Source: Rhodosorus marinus CCMP1338
Lineage: Eukaryota > Plantae > Rhodophyta
DNA: 64,000 nt
Reading direction: 5' to 3'
NCBI GenBank assembly: GCA_029953675.1
Contig: JAMWBK010000002.1
Span: 1,240,001-1,304,000 of the forward strand
The notes under the pieces are model-generated. The model did not search any database. It saw nothing but the letters and a program-made list of their open reading frames with translations, and was not told the origin of the DNA. Of the stretch, positions 12,835 to 25,553 are shown one piece after another. Positions within the stretch are counted from its first letter, which is position 1, and every line of letters begins with the position of its first letter. A program made the translations under genes and the position numbers.

Positions 12835-14754
12835 ATGGATACAGTTTTGGATTTCGAGAACAGTGTCAGTCTGGATGGCTTCTTCCCTTCGTCGCAAATA
12901 TCTGCGAGGAACCGTGCGAAGATCATCAACGACCCCATATATGGACATATTGAAATGGACGAGTACGTAGTAAACGTTATTGATACAGACCATTTTCAGA
13001 GGCTTCGGGATTGCAAGCAGCTTGGCATGTCAGACCGGGTGTTCCCTGGTGCGACACATACTCGGTTCGAGCACTCGGTCGGAGTGGCACATCTTTCAGG
13101 GAAGCAGGTGACGCACCTCTTCCACAAGCAGCGCGGGGAAATTTTTGAGAGTGAGGAAGACTACAAGAGCAAGAAAAAAATTGTGGAACTCGCGGGCCTA
13201 GTTCACGATCTGGGCCATGGTCCTCTTGGTCACGTTTTCGATTTGGCGTTTCTGAGGAATGCTCTTACTGAATCTGTACAGTCCGGCACCCCTGAAGTTC
13301 ATCACGAAAAACGGTAAGTCAACCTTGCTCAATGCAAAATTTGCATGTTCCGTGTGGTCTTAGCGGCTCCGAGTCCCCTCTCCCTTCCAGATCTGTAATG
13401 TTGCTCCGCCACCTGATTGATAAGAAAGGCTTGGACCTGTCCAGAGAGGAGGAAATTGCGATTGGCGAGCTGGTGATGGGTCACGGTAGTGTTTTCAAGG
13501 AAGAGCCTTTCATGTATCAAATCGTAGCGAACGAGAAGAACAGTTTGGACGTAGGTCTTGCTATCTTTCACTTGGTTTTCTATTCTGTGTTCGTACAATG
13601 CAGCTTTAAGCGAAGAAGTCGCCTTTCAACTGTCGGTCACGTCTTTTTGTCTCTATCCAACAGGTTGACAAGTTTGACTACATCCAAAGAGATACCAGAA
13701 ACCTCAACGTTCGATGGGGATTTGACCCTGACCGACTCATCAACGCCTCTCGAGTTCTTGGAGGCGAGTTGTGCTATCACAGAAGGGAGGTTTATACCGT
13801 CTACGACATGTTTACTACTCGGTTCAAATTGCACAAAGTAAGACAAGCGGGATTATGCTCTGTGGACGGTTCGTATTCTTAGGCCAAGGCTGACCGTACC
13901 ATTTTTTCGCTCAGGTCATCTACAACCACCGAACAGTCAAGGCAGTAGAGTTGATGGCTGTCGACGCCCTCTTGGCTGCTGATTCCGTCCTGAAGATCTC
14001 GGAGTCTATTACTGAACCCGAGCGGTTCCTCGAACTATCTGATTCCATTCTATATGTGATTGAAAGAAGCAAAGATCCGAAGCTGGCCAAGGCCAAGCAA
14101 ATCCTAAGCAGAATTTCCTGCAGGGATCTGTACAAATTTGTTGACGAGGTTCTCATCCCGCCTGGTGTAGAGCAAATTAAAGAGGTAAACTTCAACTTGA
14201 AAGCAAGTGGCCGGGTTGCTTCTCCAAACCGTGGCATCTGAAACGTTTCGGGTGTATATGGGTGTTCATGTTTTGTGCGAAACAGAGCGAAATTGCGAGC
14301 TGTCAGGAGGATGGATTGCCCCCAATCGATGCATCCGATCTATCCGTCTATCTAATTAAGGCAAACCATGGGATGGGCACACGAAACCCAGTAGAAAATG
14401 TTGATTTTTACAAAACCATTGAGGACGTTGAGCCCTTCCGAATCCAGCTTAGTGATGTATGAACTCACCTGACAGTTCTTGCTTCGTCACGCCAGAACCG
14501 CTACGCGTGATTGATTGGTCGCAATGGCTGCGTTGCTGAAACATTCTACTTCTCTTTGAACACGCTCTCGGCCTTTGCAGATATCGTATGTCATGCCGGA
14601 AATTTTTGAGGAGCGCCTGCTTCGAGTGTACAGCAAAGTCCAAGGGAAGGAGGAGAGTATCAAGAAAGCCTTCCGAAGATGTTTACATAGAAGGGGAATA
14701 ACCAGGGAGACCGAACGATCTCGAAAACGGCACCTCAGTGCCATTGCTGAATGA
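12835..14754 (+). CDS. SAMHD1: HD-domain dNTP triphosphohydrolase (SAMHD1/VENOSA4-like, no SAM domain), about 6 exons
   Basis: INDPIYGHI, FQRLRDCKQLG, FPGATHTRFEHSVGV, LVHDLGHGP, HHEKRS, LDVDKFDYIQRD, IYNHRTVKAVELM. The stop is at 14752-14754. Confidence 0.93.
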
Positions 14755-14924
14755 TCAATACCACAAGGGGTTCAGGTCTTAGCAACCAGTACAAACCAAT
14801 CGGAAGAATTGGAGAAGCGCTGCGAAAACGATTGCTTGTATTGTCAAATGTATAATCAAAAATGCGTCAAAACTCAACGGAGCACAAGTTAAATTAGGAG
14901 CTACAGTAGCGATCGGGTTCGAGC

Positions 14925-15807
14925 TCATTGAGCTGACGCTGCTCCGGGGTCACGCAAGGACTGCTTACCCTCTTCGTTATCGTCGGTATTCGAGTCTCCA
15001 TCAATTTTCCAACTCTGATCTTCTTTGGGGTCTTCTCGATTGACTGTCTTTATCGCAGCTTTGGAGTAGAATGGCCGATCAAATGCTTCAAGAGGAAGCT
15101 CCTCCTCCCAACATGACATTCGCCTCAGCGCCGCCTCGGCTTCCTCAACTACTTCGGCATGCGACATACCGCGGATCTCAGGCTGGACGTAGAAGATGTA
15201 CTCTCGCGCACGCACAGCATGAAGCGGCATCAGTAGCCTCAGGGCTTCTCGTACCTTGCGCTTCGCGTTTGTCCTGTTTTCCACGCGGAATGAGCAACGA
15301 GAGCACTTAGAATCCACACGGGAGATCAAGGGGATTCAGCTGCTCAAGAAGGGCATCTTTCAACCGAATCGGGGAAGGGTGATCAAATGAATTTTCGAGC
15401 CAAGTACCATCGCTTAGGAATATTTACCTGTGAACAGCACGTTTACCCATGACCGCCTTTGAACACACAATGTGCACCCAGTACACACAGTTTAATTGCG
15501 GTCTAACCAGGTAGCTACGTTTAGTATTATACTGGAGACGCCAGCTCTTTGCTCGAAATGCAAGCTGAGCATCGCTGCTTCCGACTGGGCGGTTGCTTTC
15601 TCGCCTCACCCCTGCTCGGAAGAAACCCCAGCGTTCCCGAGTCGTCGGGAGAGACAGTTTAACTCTTCGCCCCGGCTTCGGCTCATCGCTCCCGGCGTTC
15701 TCTATGCTCCTACAACACGTGATGGGAGAGGTTCCCAGCTCTCGCCCTCTCCGGCGCGGAAAAAAAAGCGCATCAGCCAACGTCAAACCTTGCATGAACC
15801 CGATCAT
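14925..15807 (-). CDS. rnpA: Bacterial-type ribonuclease P protein subunit with N-terminal targeting extension and acidic C-terminal tail, 2 exons
   Basis: Splicing out intron 15427-15274 gives IVCSKAVMGKRAVHRTNAKRKVREALRLL...YIFYVQPEIRGMSHAEVVEEAEAALRR, which aligns with the RnpA core (VSKKVG.AV.RNR.KR..RE..R). Confidence 0.75.
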
Positions 15808-16189
15808 ACCATAAAAGCCGTCATCGCAACATTCCGCCCACGTCAATACCAAAGAATTCCACGCTCTGACGTCCTCATTGTTGGGAAATAGTAACACACT
15901 CTCAAGGTCTCTCGATTCCTCCGAACTACACTCCGCGATCGGCCAAGTCCTCGAAGCCCGGAGTTTCCTCCCTCCCTAACCTCCGCGATCTCATTGTTCA
16001 GGTTTTCGTATCGCCGACCAGATTCTGGAACGCACCTTGTTCAGCATCCATTGGAATTGAGAAGGGGAATGAAAACTTGGCAGAGCTGAGGCAGAAGGGC
16101 AAGCTTGATTCGAAGTCGTAGAGGACAGATGTCGAGAAAGAAGAAAGGATCTTTTTAGGATGCAAAAAATTCATCTACCAAAGCCGCAA

Positions 16190-16800
16190 CGGCGTTCGTT
16201 CTTTATCAAATGCGAAATGTCCGTCGCCGACCTCCGGGTATGAGAACCAGCCGGGCAACTGCTGTTCTGATAGAAGCGGATATCGGTACTATTGTATCCA
16301 TCTGGGAGCCTTTGAAAGACAGCCTACTCTGCGCAGTGTCAACTCTCCTCTCCAGTCTTCTGTGTTGAGCATCAGAAAAATTGTCCGATATGTAGACTTT
16401 CTGGTATATCGGATGCATGGTGGGGGTCATTTGAAAGATTTCATAGCTCCTTTTACACGATAGTCAGCTTGGGCGCTGTCGAATCTGAATTAGCTATGGT
16501 ATCCAAGCTCTCCACTGGTAGTACTTGCAACCGCCCATCCACCTGAGCACTTGCTCTTCTCCTTGCCATATTGCCAAATCCCGCCTTCAATGTAGCAAGA
16601 GCGATATTACCCTCCAAAATCTAGAATAAGATACATAATCCGTTGGCCAGCACGGCGAACGTTACCTGCACATCGACCTCTGGACTGGCGACAGGCATCA
16701 GTTCAAGACGTATAACACTTCAAGAACATGGCCACTGCTACACGAGCAGAGTCATCAATCCAGTGCCAGTATTTGACTCGTGAGTAGTTTTTCTTGGCCT
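16190..16800 (-). CDS. Hypothetical spliced gene, product unknown
   Basis: Canonical donor and acceptor sites join VIRLELMPVASPEVDVQ|ILEGNIALATLKAG..., and there is an open frame at 16206-16430. No recognisable domain; boundaries are uncertain. Confidence 0.3.
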
Positions 16801-17424
16801 TCGTTTGAAGCCAATGTTTCAAACCGCTAAAACAGCTGAACGGTTCCCGGGACAGTTAGCACTTGGTGACGTCTACTGCTCCGAATATCTGGCCAATCTT
16901 ATAGTAGAGTCACCTTTCCAAGGCGGATAGGTGACGCAAGGCTATGAGCACATTAGAAACCCAAACGTGCAAGAAAATTAGCGATTGGAACATGATTTTA
17001 CTTGGACGAGAACAATGACGAATGTTACAGTGGGAGACTGACGAATGTTACATTTGAAAATAGCGACGGTCGCGAGTCAGTGGGCAGGAGTGCCAGTGGT
17101 GCCTATGAAAGTCTTTCGCTAAGGACGATTCAGCCTGATTTCGTTTGAGAGTGTTTCATGCAGTATATTCAATTCGGAGTTTTCTACTCGCCTCAAGTTT
17201 CATAGAGTCAGCAAGCGTGAAGATTAGAATCTGGGGTGGGGTGGTTCCAGCTTGATTTGGGAGAGAGGGTGTATTGGTCTTCGCGCTCGGCTAGGCATCC
17301 CAAGCAGAACCTGCTTGTGTTTTCTGGACTTTTTAAGGAGTATAAGGACCCTTTGTTGCCGGGATCTGAAAAGTTTGAGGAGGATTCGTTTCATGGCAGT
17401 GGGGTGTGCGCTTGGCGGTAGAGG

Positions 17425-20267
17425 ATGGGGAGGTTAAGCTTTGTAAGCAGCGGTTCCGGGGCAACCGGTGGAGTCCTAAGTAAAGCTGCTGCTAGTCCCT
17501 GTAGAATTCGTGGTTTTCGTATTGCACGTGGATTGAATGTCCGTGGAGAACGGTGGAGAATCTGTATTGAAAAAAGCCGTTCGCGTTCCCTCGTGGTGGT
17601 AAACAGTGTTGGGGATGGTAGTTCTCAGGAGAACCAGAGCCATACCCGGAAGCGCGTGATTGCGAGGAAGTTTATACTACGGAGGTGGTTGTCGATTCTT
17701 CGGATTGGGCTAGCTTTTGGTCTCGTTTTGTTTGTGACAGCCCTTGCGACAAGCTCTGGGAAACCTTTTCTTGCGACCATCATCGTCGCTCTTCTCTTCC
17801 TGAACGTGCTAATCTACGTGGCCCCTTCCAAGCATGGCTTGACCGATGGAGAATCTCCCAGAAGCCTTCTTCCCCCATCCGCAACTGTAAGTTGGTGGCA
17901 CGTTGAGGACGTCTACGGCGGTGAACAAAGGCGAACATGCTCAAATCAACTTTGCGTCTACGGTGACAGGTCCAAACATCCGATCCGCGGGAGAGTTTTC
18001 TGGAGCAATCTGCGCAAATAGTTGAGCAACCAAGTGTGGGGGAACGGATTGGTCAGCAATCAGCCCGCCTTGAAGAGAGTTCCAGAGAGCCAGCCAGCGC
18101 TGGATTGCCTAGGTCTCGAGATCTGTATGTAGATACCCTAAAAGTAAGCTGTTCCGCTCTGCTCAACATACTCCGGATCAACCAAGTACCGTTGGACTAT
18201 TGCCAACGTCGAATCACGAGCTTTCCAATCACGTTTCCCGGTAATGACGTTTGTGTTTTGCTACTCGGAACTCCGCTAGGCTGATCTGAACGAGCTCTCA
18301 AGAGTTATCGACACCCAGAGGAGCTTTCTTGCCGGACTTGAAGACAAAGTTACAGAGCTCACCGCAGCCAGAGATCGTACGGAGGATCAGAATCGTCATC
18401 TTGCAGCCGAGAATCAGCGACTGCTTGAATCCCTCAACCAACGAACACGACGGTTACAGGATCTTGAGGAAACGAACTCCATATACAAGATCAAGGATCG
18501 TCAACGGGAAGACGACTTCGCGAAGACGGAAAAGTACGCCTGAACAGCGCAGGGAAAATTTAGTTTGATCTTCTTCGTCTCAGGTTCGTTCGCTAAGTTG
18601 ATCTCGGCATGTGTCACTTGTGCCGATTCTATCGACAGGACTGCGCAGGGACTCAACGTAGATAATCAACAACTGCAGATTGAAAAGAAAAGACTGCTCG
18701 AGATAAACTCGGATTTAAAGCGTCAGATGGATGAGCTAAACAGGTAGGATAAGTCTGATGCAGTACGTTAGGCAATGCTTTTTGACTTACGTGCTTGCAT
18801 TTTTTCTCCAGATCGCTTGTCTCCTGGGTGAGCACACCAGCTCCTGGTGCGGCGGATCGCGTAGACCGATCCCCTTCCCAGAAGTCCAACGATAAGATCG
18901 AGACCTCTGATAGCCTACCATCTGAGGTAGATTCGGTCCTGGACCCGATGACTGTCGAAGACGATGAAGCTGAAAAGGCCCCTGCAGCGTTTGATGAGCA
19001 GCCAGAACCTAATATTGCGGAAGAGAATGTTGCTTCGCATGTTTCGGAGGAGAGCTCAATGCCTCAGAGTGGCATGGAGTCGCCAACGCGTAAAAAGGCG
19101 GATACGGGCACTCCAGTGACAGAGGAAGGTCCGCAGGGAAACAGCCGGCTCATTGACAATCCATACGGCTTTTCCAGGGCGGAGTTCGACTCGACTCCCA
19201 CACCCCCGGTCCCAGACCCCAGCGAACCGGTAATGTGGTATCACCCTTGACACCCTCTAGCATATGCCTCCCTGAAGAAAATGTGTTGGATTCCTGTATT
19301 GTTGCAGAAATCTTATTCGCTCAGCAGTTTGGAAGGAGCCAGGGCGCTGATCCAAGAAGCGAAGGCTGTTGGTGGCTCGCAGGCCACACCACTTTTTCAG
19401 CAAGCGGTAGGCGGATAAGAACAGAGAGTTCTCCTCTAGTCCTATTGTGGAATTTGAAGGCCCTTATCAATCTGTGGCTATGTTATCCACCTTCCTGCGT
19501 TTTGAAAGCGGAGCCCGTATCACCGGTCTAATTCTACTCTAATGGTCTGATTACATTAGGTGAAAATGCTTGAGGACGTAGAAAGGCAATTTCCGGATGA
19601 CCGCAATGTTATTTGGGAGCTCGGTACATGCCTTTTGGCCTGGGGCAAGAGCAATCCTGGAGGGAAATACGCTGATGAGATTCTTTCCGAAGCCGGGGAA
19701 AGGTACGCTTGGTAGTAGTGAAAGGAAGGATGCTACGGCGACAAACCCGTTCCGCGCTTTTTGACCATGGAAGCTCCTAATTACCTCTACAATTCACATA
19801 GATTTCGCGCTCTCTCTAGACGCGACTCAAACGATGAGGGTTGCTTCTTCAACTGGGGATTAAGCTTGTGCGTTCGAGCCGCACAGAAACCCACGAGCCC
19901 TGCTATAGAACTGTATGATAGTGCATCCGGAAAGTACGAGAGGGCTGTACAAATCAATCCGAAGTCGAGAATCTCATGGTTCAATTACGGGCTGGCAATT
20001 ATGTCCAGGGCTAGGTGCATGGAAAGTGCAGGTACTGAATAGTCCTCCCGCTCTTTGACGGTCTAATATTGTGCTATCACTGACGTGGATATGGCATCAA
20101 CCTTTTTCTTAGCTGAGAAACCACCAGTGGAGGACCTGATCTACTATTACGAGCAAGCAATGATGCGTTTTGAGAGAGCAATAGACCTGGATTCTAGCGA
20201 CTGGAAAGCGCGAGAGTATAGAAGAATCTGCCGAGAGACCCTGCTCAAATACTCTCGAAACCCGTGA
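17425..20267 (+). CDS. Probable plastid-targeted membrane protein: transit peptide, 2 TM helices, coiled coil, acidic linker and C-terminal TPR-like repeats (multi-exon)
   Basis: S/R-rich N-terminus (MGRLSFVSSGSG...), hydrophobic LAFGLVLFVTALA and FLATIIVALLFLNVLIYV, heptad exons at 18280-18743, and TPR-like CFFNWGLSL, KYERAVQINP, SWFNYGLAI, RFERAIDLD. Confidence 0.65.
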
Positions 20268-20299
20268 AACGCTAGACCCGAAGATGCTATAAATCGTCT

Positions 20300-21042
20300 A
20301 GATTGTCACGCTTAAACTCGGCCGGCAAGTACACTGGTGGAGCTAGGGTCAACCTTGAAAAGTGCGTGTACGACTCAGCATGTGAGCCAATAGTAGGGCT
20401 GCAAAGTTCGTTTGTCCTTTTTTGGGTAGACTCGTAGATGGAGCACGATGCGGGGGCTGCTTGGAGAGACGGAATCAAGACGAGCGCTGAATCATTCTAT
20501 GGCTCATAACAACTGTTCCTGTAGCTCCTAACTTGCAGTTAGCAACGGATAGGGTTGGGATATACTAGTAGGTTCGCAAGTGAAGCCTGCAGGAGCAAAC
20601 CGTAATGCCGCAATCTGTGTACAGACGGACGCTGGTTCCAGCGTCCTGGAGCCGTGGTTGAAAATCAGTTGGCTACGAGCTCTAGACTGGAGCAAGACCA
20701 CCACAGTATGGAGGAGAAATCATCGACACGGGGCAGAGTGGAGGTCATAAGCCTCCAACGTAGGTATAGCTGAAGCACGCTGTCAGGCTGGGGTAACCTA
20801 TTAGAACCGGCATGAAGAAATTTTTGATACATTACCATTCGCCAAAACGCTATTGCAAACATACCATTACGAATGCGACTTCGGGTAGGCAGAGTTTCAG
20901 GCTTATAGCTCCCTAGACCGTTTTCGCGATCACTGATGCGACTCACTCGCGTTTCCTCACTTAATTGAGTTTTCGTGCTGTAGCGTTCTAACACTGCCTT
21001 TTGATTAGGGGCAACGTTCTCTCCGTTTGCCCTAGCCTTCAT
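20300..21042 (-). CDS. Hypothetical small spliced gene
   Basis: An ATG-initiated frame from 21042 (MKARANGENVAPNQKAVLERY...) ends at a strong GTATGT donor near 20865. The downstream exons could not be resolved. Confidence 0.3.
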
Positions 21043-21392
21043 CCTCTCAGTGCTGTTGTCTCTGAATATAGCGATGATGGATTATGTTCCGACATACTTC
21101 CACCACGCCGGAAAGTATGAATCTCGGAATATGTTCTTAAGAAGAAAAAGCGATGCTTAGATTTCCTTACAGTGCGAGTGGACAAAAATTTCCATTCTTT
21201 TTCGTTTTGGAGGGTGGGGATATGATCATCGGGTTTGGTGAGAACCTAACGAAAAGGGTCAATTAGCTCTGTGTTGCGGACAGGTAAGGAAGATTTGGAA
21301 GACTTAGGAGGAGACAAGTGGAGCTTAGGTTTTGGTAGGATATAGAGGGAATGAGGATCTTCGCCTTAGAGGTTCATTGATCTGTATTAGAT

Positions 21393-22419
21393 ATGGCGAG
21401 CACCCTTTTCGTAGTAACAGGGGCTTCCAGAGGATTGGGAAGGGAAGTGGCTGTGACGCTCGGCCGTCGGATTGAAGTGTTAAAGGAGGCCAAACCGTTC
21501 TTCGTGTTGTTGGCGCGAGGAGCAGAAGGATTAAAGGCTACGAAGGAGCAGATTCTAAGCGTTTCTCCGAACGCTGAAGGTTGAGCTTCCTCCTCAAGGT
21601 GCTGCAAGCATTGGTTAGGAAATTGATCACTCCTGATATGACGTTAATTGTCCTCTTTGGCCAGTCTTGACTCAGTCTGTGGACCTGTCTAAAGTCCCAG
21701 CATGCTCGGATACACTTCGTGAAGCGATAGAGACGATCAGTTCTGGTCAGACTTTTAAGAATGCAATCCTAGTGAATAACGCGGGAATCATCAAACCACT
21801 CACACCGCTGCTGCAAGTTAAACACACGGATTTCATGGAGAGTTTCTCTCTGTCCGTCCTCGGCCCCTTAGAGCTTCTGAAAGCCTTTAACAAGGTGAAC
21901 AGCCAGAAGAAGACCGTAGTCCATATCTCCTCAATCATGGCACTCATGCCCAAGGATTCGTGCGGAGTTTACGGCTCGGTCAAAGCTGCTAGTGATGCTA
22001 TGCATAGGTACGAACCAATAGTATGCTATTCCCGAATTCATGCAATGACCAATCTCATTTTCGTACGTCGCGCAGGAGTCTCGCAAAAGAAGAGTCCGAA
22101 ACCTACAGGGTGGTCAACTACTCTCCGGTACAACATGATGCTCTTCCGCTTCTCCCCCGCATCTTGCATCATGGTTTCAAAAGTAACGTGCAAATGTTGT
22201 TCGTTCTAGGGACCGATGGACACAGATATGATGACAGAGATTTCCACCGATCATCCAGATACCTATGAACGTGCAATGTGGAGAGAAGCACGACAATCAG
22301 CCATACGCCCGGAGGACTCAGCCAGAAAGTTGATGTACCTGCTGGAGAGAAACGAATATAAGAATGGAGCGCACATCGATATTTACGACCTCGACGAAGA
22401 CGGTGAAATCATTCGATAG
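21393..22419 (+). CDS. SPR: Short-chain dehydrogenase/reductase, sepiapterin-reductase-like, 4 exons
   Basis: VVTGASRGLG, LLAR, LVNNAG, VHISS, catalytic YGSVK, NYSP|GPMDTDM, and C-terminal GAHIDIYD. Confidence 0.85.
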
Positions 22420-22499
22420 AAGCGTGCTTCGTCCACGTTCTTTCGGTGATCAACAGTAGTCGACAACAAGGAGTCTGCAGGCTTTGACGTCCCCTGCCA

Positions 22500-23239
22500 C
22501 ATATGCCGGATACCCAAACACGCATCCAACCTCAACCAAACATGAGGGTGGCTTCCTTTTCAACTGGATCTGTGCGGATATTCGACCATGAGCAAGATCT
22601 CATTGCTCCATTGCTCCTCGGATTCAATTGAATTGTCCGTGCGAACAGGAATGGCCCTCGGATCATCTACAGGCCGTTGAGCTAAAACTCAGCTTTCCAC
22701 TGAGCTGTTCCACAACGCCTCTATAAATCACTTTGCGAGTGTGAACCGAGCAGGATTTCCAGGCCACGTCGTAAAACAGTCACAAACATCCCAATTTGGA
22801 TCGATGGAAACTCCCGCTGATCGTGTTCACATGACACTCAGTCAGATATTCCAGGAGATACTCATTACCCCGCTTTGACTTTAGGCTCCTCTGCACGACT
22901 GCCTATTCCAAGTAATGAGTAGCAAAGTTGTTTGCTCATAGCATCTCCAAAGTAACCAGTGCATCACAAGTAGAGCAGCTTTCCCGTTGGATTTCCCATT
23001 CTCAACTTCCTCTTTCCAGCAAACTCCGACTCCACTTTCTTCCACCTGCCGATGTTACCACGCTCCTCCTCCAGTTGCATTTGCCTATCAGAAATGAATC
23101 GCCGTATCACCGGACGTCTTCTAGACGCTTTCAATAGCGCCAGAATGGCCACTGAAAGCGCCAGACTAGGTACAAAAACCGCAACCACTGGCACAAGTGC
23201 TCCAGCCAGCAGCATCTTCTTCAACCCAAACAACAACAA
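22500..23239 (-). CDS. Hypothetical protein with N-terminal hydrophobic anchor
   Basis: ORF 22964-23239 has a long hydrophobic start (LLAGALVPVVAVFVPSLALSVAILALL). Possible further exons lie to the left but were not resolved. Confidence 0.3.
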
Positions 23240-24729
23240 CGCAAAAAAAAATCAAAACAAACAAACAAAAAAACACGAAAGCCAAGCCTAGTCTCCTAAC
23301 TGACCTTCTCAGATTCTCACTCGCCCTGTATCACTTCTGTTGAACAACTCGTAATCACAAGCAAGCCCAGGGTTCCAGACTTTCAGACTCTCGTACTAAT
23401 GAGCTTGTCTCCCTCCACGCAATGAGATTTAGCTGGAATGTGCTGTTCAGGGATTGACGAGATGACTGACGGAATTTTTTGTCTGCTTGGCAAAAGAGGA
23501 TTCTCAACTGATGGATCAATTCTATGAGGCTGGCAGGTGTTATGGAATCCTCAGCGCCTGGTGGCCACACTTTATGTCTTGGCAAGGATTCTATGAGGGT
23601 TGGGTGCTGGTTTTGCTCACGAGCAGCTTATGAAGACCTTAAAGCAATGTTCAGGCCTTGGTTCTGCCTGCCCCGAGTGCTTGTATCCACCGAGTGCTTA
23701 GTTCTGATGTTGTCTGAATCGTGTCTCGGACTTCAGCAAAGAAGCTGATCCGCTGAAATCATTAATTCGTGTGAGGCACACTGATCGAAGTATGTAGGGG
23801 AGGATGAAAGTTTATGCGTCCCAAGCCCAGACTAGAGAGGTCTTCAGAAGCCACGGTTCATACATATTCACAGCGCCAGGACAGTCAATCAACCGATTAA
23901 TACTGTGGTTTAGGAAGTCACTACAGACGGTAAAATCGCATAGCAAACCTGGGAACGGTGGGAGGAGTGCTGGGACTATGTCTGAACGCACAACTTCACT
24001 GGCCAAAACGCAAGACCATCAAACCATGTGACAGTTCATACATAGATTTCTACCTCGCTCTTCAATCACATAAAACAAAACAGAAAGCCTCCTGCTTCAA
24101 AGGCGAGCATGCCCTCTAAACAACAAGACCCGTCAAATGCCGATTCCAACAACCAAAAGCTAACCAACCCTGAAATAGATTTCCGCAAAGAAACCCTTTT
24201 TTCGTCATCAACAGTTAAAAACGATAACCTTAATACAAAATACACTATACAATCCGTAATATCGATGCCCGTCGCCCGCCGGCGCCTCAAGACCTAAATT
24301 TATTTTCTTAAAACGAGAAAAATGGTCGGTACCATGATTTTGAGGAAAAAGTTTCAGTTCATGGCAGAGTGACTTTTAAACGAATATAATGTTTTTGTGA
24401 ATTTTGAGAATATTGAGAAGTCCATTCCGGAGGCGAAGTAGCGACTAATATGACACTTAAGAAGGAGATAAAAAGGACTCGAAAAAGTTTTTGGTATATG
24501 ATTAAGCTGATGGAGAATGGACGTGAGACATTTGGGGATGGCGTTTTAGGAGGTGGGAAGAGGATGGAGGTCGGGAGTGAGTGAGGCAGTAGATAGGAAG
24601 GAAGGTGTGGGAGGATCGATAGGGTGGGAATAAGGGTACGAGTGAAAGGTTTAGCGTACCTGTTTTTGGTTTACTAATCGATTAAGGAGGTTCTCTGTTT
24701 TTTGGGGTGGGGACGTGGAAGAGGAAAAC

Positions 24730-25185
24730 ATGGTAAGTGAGAGGGTTGATATTGCGTGAGTTGGTTGTTAGAGTCGTGTTTGCTGAGCTTGTGTGTTTCT
24801 TCTTCATTTTGGTCTTTTTCTTTGCTTGTTTGTGGAACCGTAGCCGAGGGAGATTAAGAATTTGAAGGAGTTTGTTCTCCGAGTTAAATCAGACGAGGCC
24901 AAGTCCGTGAGAATAAAGAAGAACAAGAAGAATGGCTCGACGAAGTTCAAGGTTAGATGTAAGAAGTACCTTTATACGTTTAGGGTTGATGAGGAAGTCC
25001 TAGCGAAGAAGGTTGAGGGAAGCATTCCGCCAGGTAGGAACATGATCATGGTCTGATTTTCGAGAGGAAGCCAGTGCAGGAGGAATTCCGTGCAGGCACA
25101 CAAGAGCCTCTCCCGTTACTAACGCGCGGAACTCTCGTTCTTCGTCTCGCTCTATCTAGGCAAGCAAGTGGAACGATTCGCTTAA
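24730..25185 (+). CDS. RPL38: 60S ribosomal protein L38 (eL38), 3 exons (exon 1 is ATG only)
   Basis: Exons 24730-24732, 24844-25033 and 25160-25185 give MPREIKNLKEFVLRVKSDEAKSVRIKKNKKNGSTKFKVRCKKYLYTF...SIPPGKQVERFA*. Confidence 0.95.
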
Positions 25186-25553
25186 GCAAGGACGACTGCA
25201 GGAAGGAATGGCTTTAGAGTGCTTTTGTTTAGCCCATGTGGAATTAATTCATCGATCATAACCAAAAAATTGAGGAGAGTACGAAAGTAAATATTTGCTC
25301 TTTGAACACAAGTGGATGTGGGGATGGACACGACCCGCGCGAGGTCGTACTCAGCGAAAGTGAGCCTAATCGCAGGGCTGGAAATGAGGGAAAATCGTCT
25401 TGCAAGCGAACGTGACAGTTAGAGTTCGTTCATAGTGCATTTGGTTTATGATGGATGTACATTCATAAGAGAAGCTGCCAGATGTTCGGTTCATTCTAGA
25501 AGAAGCACGACGTAATTGATCGCATGCTCAGATAGGAAGGTTAATCAAGCGCC

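Noticed and set aside
17016-17052. 14-bp direct repeat TGACGAATGTTACA x2 with a 9-nt spacer
   Set aside because: Only two copies; consistent with a local duplication, not a CRISPR array or other array.
23300-24300. Short ORFs with small internal repeats (TTCTATGAGG, CCGAGTGCTT)
   Set aside because: All frames are interrupted and there is no identifiable product or repeat unit.
25034-25159. Possible intronic C/D snoRNA in RPL38 intron 2 (ATGATC...CTGA)
   Set aside because: The boxes are only a few nucleotides apart and the C box is non-canonical.
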